64,000 nt of DNA from Ptychomitrium polyphyllum (Eukaryota), in assembly GCA_973851085.1 (NCBI GenBank), contig OZ316775.1, positions 21,328,001 to 21,392,000 on the forward strand, given 5' to 3'. The notes below the pieces were generated by a model that was not told where the DNA came from, made no database searches, and saw only the letters and a program-made list of their open reading frames with translations. The position numbers and the translations under genes were made by a program. This document shows positions 52,991 to 64,000 of the stretch, piece after piece. How positions within the stretch are numbered: the first letter of the stretch is position 1; each line of letters starts with the position of its first letter.

Positions 52991-54813
52991 GGTCAAGTTT
53001 AGGGCTTAAAGTTTAAGATTTAGTGTTTAGGGCTACCATTCTCTTTAGGTGCTTGCATTGCTGTCTACCATTCTATAAATATGTTAGATGTTAATTTACA
53101 AAACTACAACCATCATTTTAGATTTACATATTCCATTCTAAAGCATTTGGATGATTTCAACTTTCTTCCTTCAAAATTTGAATCTTTTGGAAAACTATGG
53201 ACTTAGAGATTGAACATGAAGAGAGACCTTCATGTCAAAGAAGTTGCAATAGTAAATTGTGTTGCTTTTAAATATCATCATGAATATTACATGAAAATAA
53301 TCTAAGTATCAGATATGTAGATCTAGATATTATATAAAACTTAAGCATAAGGTTTAAAATCCAAGTCCTTGGCTTTAAACAATGTATACATACAAATTGG
53401 AAATGGAAATGAAGAAATAAAAAGGAATCCTTTCTATTTTAAAAGGATGTTTTGAATCAATACAAACTCAATATTTGCATTGAGTATGAATTATTAATAT
53501 ATTCTTGAAGTTGAAATCAAATGGTTTTATTTACTCTCTTCTTTCCAAGGGCTTCTTAGGAATTTGAAAATTTAAAAAAATGTACTATAAAATTCATCTT
53601 CATGCCTATTTTGGTAGGTACATGAATTTTTTTTTGTAGATTTTTATATGTAAGTTATATTTATATAATTGGATTCACTATTGCTATTATCAATAATAAA
53701 AAATATATTTTAAATCTAAAAGTCAAATTTTAAAAGAAATTCATTAAAGAAAATGTTGAAAATTTTGACTAATTTGAAAAAAAATTAAATGGATTTCAAA
53801 CGTGAATTTCTTGACAGTAGAATTTTAATTTAAAAAAAATAAATTTAGGATTAAGATCTATTTTCAAAGAAGCAATTCTTGAGCTTGAAAAGTAATAATG
53901 TTTTGTGAAATACACTTCTAACTTATTGCTGAATGATACATTAGCACAAAGTTGTTGCAAACTATTCAACTGTTGATCAACGTGCCAAAGTATTTATAAA
54001 GAATGTGTTGGATGATTATTTTGATTTTATTCATCACTCAAAATTTAAATGCTGTAACAACACTAGATTTGATAAAGTTTTCAAAACTCAAATTTTGAAT
54101 TCGATAATAAAACATTGGTAATGGATATCATAAAACCAATTGTATGGATAGAATCTAAAATCTCAAACCACAACTTGCATGTTATAATAATTGGTATGAA
54201 ATCTTTGAAGCATTGTTTTGTAATAACCAAATGACAACAATGTACAAATTTCGAAGCCACAATTCCACTGGGATGGGCTCTCTCTCCAAAAACTTGACCA
54301 TCTGATTTCACTAAAAAAATTCACTTTCCTGAAAACCCTTCAATGTACAGAAAAGGTTAAGAAAGAAAACAATTGTGAATGCATGAAAATAAGCTTATAA
54401 CCATCTATATATTCAACGGTCTCATGTAAACATCAATGGACTTATTAAAATATGAGTAACACATACAGTACACTTCACTTGAATTCTGTGAAGCCCACGG
54501 AATACTTCTTTCTTCTGTCAATCACGTGCTTTTACAACTTGTGAAATTCACTGTATGAAGCTCAACGCATAGATAGTACTCATGCGACTGTCCGTAACCG
54601 TATCTACTTCCTATACGTGATAGGAGCCACCGAGAGGTTGACGAATAATGTCAGTCACAGCTGAAGGTGGTGATATTAGCATTCTGCAGTGCCTCTGCAG
54701 CAAACTTCTCAAGCGCTGGATTTTTAGATTCTCGCTCCCGGGTGGCCGACGATCACAGTCAAAGGATCTGTGCTGGCGGTAAAGCCAAAGCGTACGGGTC
54801 AACACCAACGATG

Positions 54814-57800
54814 TCACTCGCCATCCAGGTGACGTGGTGTAAGGTTCACGGGATAGAGGTGCTCAGGGTGGGGGAAGGGATGCCAACAGGTGGCTTCATT
54901 CGGTTCAGCAGGCTCCCAACTGTGCACGGAACACACGCAAGGTGTCAAGATGGCTGTTTCAACTTCTCATCGGAGCACAACTTCCCGACACCAAAAGTGA
55001 AATTCAGCGTGAGCCTCACTCATGGATTTAAAAGAATGATATAGCTTTTTACTCTGGTTGAATATTTTTACGAGCTATGTTTGGAGAAGCTCTTGAATAT
55101 TGGCCGGGCCTTTGCTCTTTGTAAAAGAATTCAACTTCTATTGAAAGTGATACATTAGAGTGAATATGTAGTGTGGTTAATGACAAATTCAGCGTGATTA
55201 GAGTGAAACATCCACTAAAGTCACCATCTATTGTGGGCTAGGCTAATATGTTGACTCAAATAAGAGGATGACAGTGGATGGAGATCCATCAACAGTGGAT
55301 GAAAATTTGTTTGGACGATGTTCAAACGGATGGATGAAGAGTTTGTTTATGGTGATTTTAAATGTAATAGAGTCTATAATCTGAGTGTTACAATAAAGTT
55401 TAAGCATAATAATGTAATTTTTACTTTGCTCTAATACCAAAAGTATAATAATGCCAATATGATTTGAAAAGTCTACCAAAATTAGTGTGAAAATTGTTTT
55501 AAAATCTCACACGAAATCTGGGTGTCTGGCAATGCTAGTAATCGGTGTAGGAAAGAGTGCATACCTGTAAGTGGTGATCAGATGATAGAAGAAGGCGAGA
55601 ATCTCAAACTTGGCCAGGTCTTTTCCAGGGCAGGTTCTGCAGCCTTGGCCGAAGGGAGTGAAAGTAAAGGGCGCAGGCATTTTCTGCAACAGGACGAAAA
55701 TTATCACTTGTAATCTTAGTGGCAGTAGGTGTTGTAATTCAGCAGCGGTACAGGATTAATTTGTATGAAGTAGTAAGTAATCATCTTGCAAGGTACTGAG
55801 TGGTCTTTAACAGACTGCGCTGGAATCTGGATCTTGTTGCTTAAATTCATTTGCTACCGTTCATCCGCATTGTTTTACGGGGTGAAATATGTTGGTTTAC
55901 CAAATTTCTCAGGTGACACCCCCCGTGACATTCTAGTTCCAATAGGTGTAAATTATTTACCAGAAGATTCATTCAGAATTCATTTTTGGAGAGACTAAAT
56001 TACGTGATATTTGTTCAGCAGCTTGTGCATCAGATACAACAATATACCTCAAAACGGTAAGGATTGAATTTCTCAGGTTCAGGAAAGTAGCGTTCGTCAT
56101 GATGAAACATATGTGTTAAACCAATGATCCAATTTTTCGGAATGGCCACATCTGTTTCAAAAGAAATAGCACATTGTCAGTTAGCCAATACTAGAATCTA
56201 AGTATTAATTTGATACCTGAGGACAACTCATCTTACAGTTAATTTGACTTACAGTAAAAATCAACTGCTATAGAGAAAAATTCTTCTGCATTTTGCAAAA
56301 TCGTCATTCTGGACCATGATTTAAAAAAAATTAATTCATCAAGTGATGCAATGAGCCAATGTTTCAAGAATCCAGTTAGTGCTTGCCTTTGATTTGTACG
56401 TCCTGGTCTGAGGATCTCCCAAAAAACCAACCCACGACGTTGATCATTCTCAGCGTTTCGTGCATTGTCTACAACCAATTTAAGCCAAATTCGCAAGCAA
56501 TGGATCAGCTCTTTGAAACAATTAACCGGACATGTATACACGCAATTTCAACTTCGGTAATAAATATAGCATTCAAACCAGAGAAGGTACGTGTTTTTGT
56601 TCGACCCAAGCGATAACATATAGAAGCCCGCCTGTTTATTTCAACTCACCGATATTTCCTTCTCTAGTCAACGCAGTAAGAACACTAGTTTTGTTCATTT
56701 GTCGTTCATAATTTTGCATTGAACTCTGTGAAGGCACCTACCCAAGTAGTGATGATCATCTTTTTGATGTCCCCATAAGTCAACAATTCGCCTTCAGGTT
56801 TGTTCTTTTTGATTTCATCAAGCTCAACCTGCAAACAACGAGATCGTCAATAAGCTACAGGTGACAAAGTTACATCATCTGAATGAATTACCAGATTAAT
56901 TAATTCCTAATATCACCTTTACATTTATCGTAAATGGAACTTGTGTAGCTGTCTAAAAGTGTGCAGAAGTTGAGGGAAGTGCAGAACCTTGATATCCGTG
57001 TAAACTTCTTGATTCTCATAAATATATTTGACCATCCAAACAAGACAGGTACTGGTTGTGACGTCTGATGCTCCCAAAAGCGTGAAGATATTGTCCATGA
57101 CTTGATCATCTGTAAGCATAGACCCATCCTCCATTGGCAACAGCATCGACTGCAGAAAATCTTTGCATTCCACCTGCCCGCTCCTTCGATCAGCAATGAT
57201 GTGCTTCAGTACTCCCTGGATTTGTTTCCTGGCCTGCTTCATCCAAGTCTTGATTAAGAAGCTAGTTTATATGCTTCGATACAAGTCCTTAAACGAAAAA
57301 TTAAACTTAGCACATATTCTAAAGCATTTAGATCGCTTACTCACATTCATAGCTTTGTAGAATTTGAATCCTGGGATGCGCAAGGGTATCGCCATCATTC
57401 CGCTCTGCATTATAAAATACATAGCGGCAAGCTTTTCAATTTGAGTATCTCCAGGGACATTTGTAAGCATCTTGTCCATGAAGGGATATGCTTGGGTATC
57501 GATGGTAATCAGATAATTCCAAGAAATATTTAAAACGTACTGCAGAACACAAAAACATTGTCAATTATGTTACTTCCAAAATACTAATAAGGAGCTCCCA
57601 GATTTTATCTGAAGCAAACTTATGGTCAATGAAGTAATTGACATATATCGGACTGTCTCTCAAGGAAGAGGAACCATGTAATTTAGTAAAGAAAGTGATT
57701 GTGACCAACAAAATATGAAGACAGTGAAGCTGTTACCTTCTTGGCTTCGTGGTATACAAGAACTTGTTTCTGACTTTTCCAGGACGCCATTGCATTTTGA

Positions 57801-59823
57801 CAAGTTTTGTCAATGGCTGGTATGAAGCTCTCGAGTTCTCTGACGGAAAATGGCCCTTTTATTAGATTCCGGACCTTCTTGTGGATATCTGCTTTCATGA
57901 AGAATAGTGACTCGTTGCCAACGATGTCGTGAGTTGTTGAGGGCAGTGCCAAGTGGAACAGCTTGTTTGTCTGTTGATAGACTGTTTTCGTGAGGTCCAC
58001 ATCGCTGCTCAAGATTGTTGGAGTTCCCATCACATGGGTCGAAAAAGTAGTTCCAAACCTGCGTTTCAATATTGGCATGATCAAATTGACATCAGACTAT
58101 CTGAGATCAAAATTGGGGGTTCGTTTGGACAAGTATTAGGATTTGATGATTCAGACATTTTTTTATCTTCAAATCACCCAAGGTATCATCATTCAGGATA
58201 GAAATTTATGCAATGAAATTCATTTGTATTGACAGTGCTAATAAATTGCATGAAATCCAGAAATGTAGTAGTTCCACGACACATTTTTGACAATCCAGAT
58301 GCTACCCTCAGTAAACCCATTTTGGATCCTTCGTAAGGGGTTTGAGTGATATCCCCAATTTCCCATTTAATACTACACCGGGGATGCATGATAGATGACA
58401 GGGAGCTCTAAAGTTTCTGCTCACAGGGGTTCCGAATATTTTCCTCTCAAGCGGGAAACTGAAGAAAACCAAAAGCATCTTTAAGGAGTAGGAATTGAAG
58501 GAACGAGAATGGAGCTCAACTGCAGATTCCGAACATCTACAGCGCTGTTGATGAGAACTCACGGAGACCACAACCATGCGAAGGCTGGACACGGTCAGCG
58601 GGGATGACGTGCTGGACTCAGGGAAATAGAACGCCGGATCTTCAGATTCAATCAATCGATGAGTCCAAGCAATCTCACATGCACAATATAAAGTTTTCTA
58701 AGGTAAAAACTCATTAAGAATTATAACAGGCTTCCTATGAATGTCGTGAATTGTGTGGAGTTGACTTTGCCGCTAGATGCCCTTCATGCCCAACTTGCAT
58801 TTGCAATTACGTGTCAGTTGATTGATTAATTGATTCTGAAGGTCACAGTTTATCGTCTATGCTGCTCTTCAATTTTGCAGCTTGCGCTCACAGTCATGAA
58901 CATTGGCCCTGCCTCCTATCTAAAGCATTGAATAGTCTTTCTCGTCCTGTCCGTTTATAGCTTCAACTGAATCAAGTGACTCAAGAATAAGAACTTAAGA
59001 TTTCGCACTTGGAGGATGCAAATAGCAACAGGATTTGGCGATTTGCAGTCCTTAAAAAATTCAGCTAGTTTACGTTCACACCAGCTCACTGGGAATTTAG
59101 TTACAATCTCATTTCTACATACCGATTCACTAGGAATCTTATCATAATCTCACTACTTCACAATAGCTCTCTAGCGATTTTTATCACAATCTAAAATTTT
59201 AGAGAGGGAATCCTCTGTGACATGAACTTTTCTTACAGGTGCATTTCAGAAACCTCTCGAGGATGCATACAAGGGAACTTATACAGGTTCCCTGTGACCA
59301 TTACCTTGTCAAGTCCTAAATGTTTGGAAAGACGATGACCAAGTTAAGTTGAAAATGAAGATTCACTATTGTTTGGCAAAAAGTACTGGTTTAATTCAAA
59401 CTTGACTCGATGAAGTTGGCCAAGTGGAAAGTAGTTAGATAGATCGATCCTACGACTGAATTTAGAAGCATTGCTCGCCCACGTGCTATTGAATACTAGT
59501 TAAAAGAAGGGAGTTACCAAAGTAGATTGTGTTGAACAACGGAAGGTGTACACCACAAAGATTTGTAGAGGAAGAGATTGTTCTATTAATGTAGTAGTAA
59601 CTTACTTCTTGGTCTTCTGTTTGAAAAACTCTTGAGGAGGTAGTGAGAGCGCATGAATTGTTTCCCCAATCCATGGAAACAACCAAAAACTTCCTCGGGG
59701 AACCTTGTTGCCATCCACGCTATGGGCATAAAAGGTCGTTGTATATCCTAAAACAAAGAGAAAAAACAGCACTGGCCCTCCAAGTACTACGGTGAGTCCT
59801 GCTTCGCTCAAAGAAAGGGCCAT
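54814..59823 (-). CDS. Cytochrome P450, CYP85 clan, 9 exons
   Basis: Exons approx. 59823-59605, 58058-57737, 57539-57345, 57234-56988, 56828-56742, 56468-56387, 56151-56048, 55684-55565 and 54919-54814. N-terminal anchor, [19 protein letters not shown] (ExxR), FNPYRF (PERF), heme motif [15 protein letters not shown] and last exon [18 protein letters not shown]. The intron pattern is typical of the CYP85 clan. Confidence 0.93.
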
Positions 59824-59898
59824 TGTACTTTAGAGAATCGAATGCTCAATCTGCAGGTGCTATTATCAGAAAAGTGGTGATGGGATCAGCAGATCATC

Positions 59899-59910
59899 CC
59901 TCTTTATATC
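59899..59910 (-). promoter_or_regulatory. Candidate TATA box of the P450
   Basis: The minus strand reads GATATAAAGAGG ~80 bp upstream of the ATG. Confidence 0.45.
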
Positions 59911-60519
59911 GTACAGAACTCCCAGCAACTACTCATAAAGAACCTGAATACCTCTTCCTGACTGCACCCAGCTCAGTAACTCCTTTTGTCGACGTGACCA
60001 TACCGAACTGGGTGCATCAGGAAGGGGACTTCAGATTCTTTGCATAAGTTAGCAAGTTGCTAATTTGCTGCGAATCCCGATTTCCCTGGTGAAGCTAGCT
60101 GTCTGCAAATCAATTTTGCCACATGGTCTACCAAATCTCTCGATTGTCTCTGATCAATTCCAGGTCCAGAATTGCGGACTGTGGTTATGTTTGATGGTCA
60201 ACGATTGTGTAAGCCAAGAATTAGAGACGATTTGACGATAGCTTGCAATCAGTCAAATTAATTAATAGACACTCGGATGGATTGTCAGTAAACGAAACCA
60301 GGCGTGGCAGGCACATCCCACGTCACGATCGTCACGGCTGTTGATCCAGCCTGTCTGAGCGATGTAGTTGCATGCCTCAAATTAAGTTGCTGCAGTAGTA
60401 TCAACTTGCCCAGGCAGCTTGCATGCCAGCTGAAATCGATGTCTTCACTTCGCAGTATGGCTTATATTAGGCCAGAGAGAACCTGCGCACCAAGTTGCCA
60501 AGCGATGGCTAGTCGTTCT

Positions 60520-60551
60520 CAAGTGATGCCAAGTGATGCCAAGTGATGCCA
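60520..60551. repeat. 10-bp tandem repeat x3
   Basis: caagtgatgc occurs three times. Confidence 0.85.
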
Positions 60552-60681
60552 GTCTTACACTGGAATATATCACCACCAATAAAATCCGACAGTTTGTGCG
60601 TCACATCCATGGTTTCACGGCACAGGATTCGTGAATCACCATTAGGCAAGGCCAAAGGGCATTTGGTATACACAGACCATC

Positions 60682-60878
60682 CTTAAAGCACATTCTGCTT
60701 CATAAGGCAGAGTTCACTAACAACCGTTGAAGCACATTCTGTTTCATTCGGTACAGAACGCAAACCACTGTTGAATACATTCCCTATAGTACGTAAATAG
60801 TACGCAAAACACAGTTGAAGCACACTGGGTATAGCAGTCAACTCCCTGTTGAAGAACAACGTTTTATTCGTTTCACTG
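60682..60878. repeat. Degenerate 44-bp-period array with conserved GTTGAAGCACA head
   Basis: Motif starts at 60682, 60726, 60770, 60814 and 60848. Confidence 0.7.
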
Positions 60879-63800
60879 TCATGCTCACCTATATAGTTAC
60901 TTCATAGTGATGGCCATAGTAAGTATTTAATCATTACTGAAGTTATAGTCAAACAGATTTTAACTCTATTTTGGAATAATTTTTGGAAGATGTTTCTTAA
61001 TGAAGAGCCGCTTCAACATTGGGTTGGTTCTAAGATGTTACGGACTTGATAGCATTAAGGAATTAATTAAATGGTTATTTACAGAGTTTTTTAAGAATTG
61101 TAGTATGTATGGCCCTTAAACACTAAACACAATGCACACATCAATGTATTGTGTATATGTATTGATTGATTTTAACAATTTATTATGGGCCATTTGAGGT
61201 ACATTTGAGAAGGAATGGATTCTTTAGGAAGATGCATAAAGAAATTTTATAATCACTTATAGGAGATTGGTCAATTGTTGATGTTGGTAGTTGAATGGTG
61301 CAATTAAAGCCTAATGGATCTAGTTTCTAAAGCAACTATATCAATAGCGTTTTTACAATGGATCCTCAAAAAGCCGTATTAGAAGTAAAACCTATTTTTT
61401 GAATCCTAAATTCTAAATAATTTTAAAATAAGAAATAAGAGGTGAAGTACAATTCTTTATAATTTGGCATGAATTAAACAACTCAAAAGAATTAAATTAG
61501 AAATGGACCAATAATTGAATGTTCATTAGTTAATGACAGAATAATGAAATTTTTATTACATTTTTTACAATATCTTTTACAAATTGTTTTACAAATACAA
61601 ATTGTTTTTTTGAAAGGTGGTTCTTCTAAAAGGTGGTTCTTATAAAACATCATTCATTTGTAAGGTAGAAAAGTCATAATTCAAGCATTAGAAAAAAAAC
61701 TTATTTTAAGTTATTATATAATTAAAATCTTAAATCAACTAACTAATTTTAGAAAAAAATACTATTTTAATTCAAAATATAAGAAATTACCAATAATTTA
61801 TATACATGCAAAAAAACTTTATATTCTATGCAAAAGACGATAAGTTTATATCAAACTTTAAAAAAATTGGTGATATTATAATAGGTGTTTTTCTTACTAT
61901 CTATGATATTATCTATATACACGTAATTATACATTGCCATTATCATTATATCTACTTGATTAAATTATTATTTTCACAAATTAAGATGTATAAATTAAAT
62001 AACCAAAATCATAGTCCATTAATATGGTATAACCATGCTAAATTCACCAACTAATTGTTAAAGTGAAGTAATGTAATGGCACAATAAGTGCCTATTAAAT
62101 CAACCATATATTGTGTAAAAACATATTTATTTTATTCCAACAATGGCTATACAAGTGGCCTTTGATTGAATCTATTATTCATCCTATTATATAGTAAATA
62201 TCTTTTTTTACTTTGATTTCTTATATTTACATTGTGAAAATGAATAAATTTTAAATTTATGAAAATAATAGTTTGATTGTAAAAAATAATTTCAATTTAT
62301 AAAAATAATAGTTTAATTTGTGGAAAGGCAACATTTAAAGATTAAAAACTCCAAATATGATTATATCTCTTTTCTATGGATCCTTGTAATATTGTAAAAT
62401 AACTATATTCTTTCAAAGGTGTTATTTAAAAAAATCTTATGCACTAATGTATTGCCTAAGGCAAAGAATTTATATAAGAATTTTAGAAGAATACTTTATA
62501 AAAACTCCATAGTCCTCTACAAATACCCTTTTATTGTATATAATATGTAAAAATCTATATTCAATCACACTTTTAAAGACAATTCTTGTTATATTCAAAG
62601 AAAAAAATGTGATTATGAAAACGTCAAATTTCATTTGAAATAGATTCCATTAGCAAATTGTATCATTTATATGGCTTTGTTGTAGTTAAAGGATCTAAGG
62701 TTTGTGGTCTTGTAAAAAAATGTAGCTAATGGAAATACTATCTAAGAAAGATTTGTTTTTGCAATCATTGATAAATATATTTGTATGTTTTAGATATATA
62801 ATATATATTATGCAATTTTTTTTTGAATAAATGATAGTAAGCTTAATTGCTATAGAACGTCATGCTTTCATGATTAATTTACTTTAAATCAATTTTCAAA
62901 AAAAGTATGGCTTTTAATATTTTCATTTCATTATAGGAACAAAAACATTTGGAAATTAAATGTTTTAATATGATTGACTAAAAAAATTTGGAATCTCAAA
63001 AAAAGATTAAAAATATATTGTAGTACACAAATGATATTATATATAGCTCTAGATTATTTTTTTAATTAAATTAAATTTAAATTTATCATTTACAATTTAT
63101 AATTCAACATCAAATTTTTTTTAATTTGTGTATATGTATTAAAAGATCTTTCAATAAAAAAATGGATATTCTTTCCAAAATAATATGCAAAATTCCATGA
63201 ATTGTAGAATTATATAGAAGGGAATCTTATTGATTGAGTTTTGATGCCAAAATTTTACTATTTTTAATATCTTTATTTTTAAATGGAATAAAATCATGAA
63301 AGAATAAAACCATGTCAAATTGAAATATAATTTATTAGTGCAGATTTATTGATTTACTTGTTTTGGATATTAAAAATTAAAAATTTTAATTAAAATTTTC
63401 ACACGAAATTGCATTCAATATGATCTTTTTTAACAATCATAATTTTTGAATCAACCAATAAAGCTCCAAAATTTGTAGAATTTTTTGTGTATAATTCTAA
63501 TTAAAGATTTTCATTTTTTCTACTAAAGGATTTTTAAAATTATATACATAATTAACTTATATTTTTTCGAGTTATACTTTTAATTAATAAATAAAAAAAT
63601 TTAACATTTTTAAAGAGGAATCAAATCTAAATTTATTCAATTCTTCTTTAAATATAACTAAGTGCAATTGTGAAACGTTTACTTCATAGAGTATTAATCC
63701 TTCTTTTACAATATGAAATAAATTCTTACATAAACTATAAAATAAGTCTAAAGAATCTTCAATGGAAGGTCCTTAAATTTTGGTTCATCAAACTGTATTT

Positions 63801-64000
63801 CTTACTTTGGTACAAATTAAATAAGAAATTTTGCCAAACACTACAATTTAGAATAAGATTTATTTCATTTAAAATCTAGCTCATTTAAAAATGCATATCA
63901 AAAGATCCTATTTTAGAATATCTCACGAAAGATTTTCATTGTTTCTAAATATAATCATATTCTAAGAATAGCCATCATGAGAAGACTTTCTTGCAATGGT

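Noticed and set aside
52257..53009. 250-aa repeat-protein ORF, or a CRISPR array
   Set aside because: The ORF exists only because the 51-bp unit is a multiple of 3 with a stop-free frame, and it starts at GTG. The units abut with no unique spacers and there are no cas genes.
60682..60878. True CRISPR array
   Set aside because: The repeats are short and degenerate, the spacers are partly related to each other, the context is eukaryotic and there are no cas genes.

Overview
Eukaryotic plant nuclear DNA, most likely a moss or other bryophyte. This is inferred from the gene set, the short introns and the GC-rich gene islands separated by very AT-rich tracts. Ten protein-coding genes are supported by protein motifs and, where they have introns, by hand-checked phase-compatible splice sites. 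They are a 3'-truncated WASH complex subunit 4 (SWIP), an intronless type I MADS-box gene, MED31, an ACA-type P2B Ca2+-ATPase, an O-fucosyltransferase, a LURP-one/Tubby-C-like gene, an AGD5-like ARF-GAP, a DUO3/GON4L-like protein, a COMT-like O-methyltransferase and a CYP85-clan P450 with a GC-AG intron. Intergenic DNA holds transposon relics (a solo-LTR-like element with 31-bp repeats and an RNase H relic), a 15 x 51-bp two-variant satellite and several microsatellites. No tRNA, rRNA or true CRISPR array was seen. The points most worth follow-up are a 1-nt frame anomaly in a probable extra first exon of MED31, non-consensus catalytic motifs in the neighbouring OMT and P450, a 44-bp-period motif-plus-variable-spacer array upstream of the P450, and a WASH subunit in a plant. 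I found no clear new biological system. All family assignments come from recalled motifs, not database searches.
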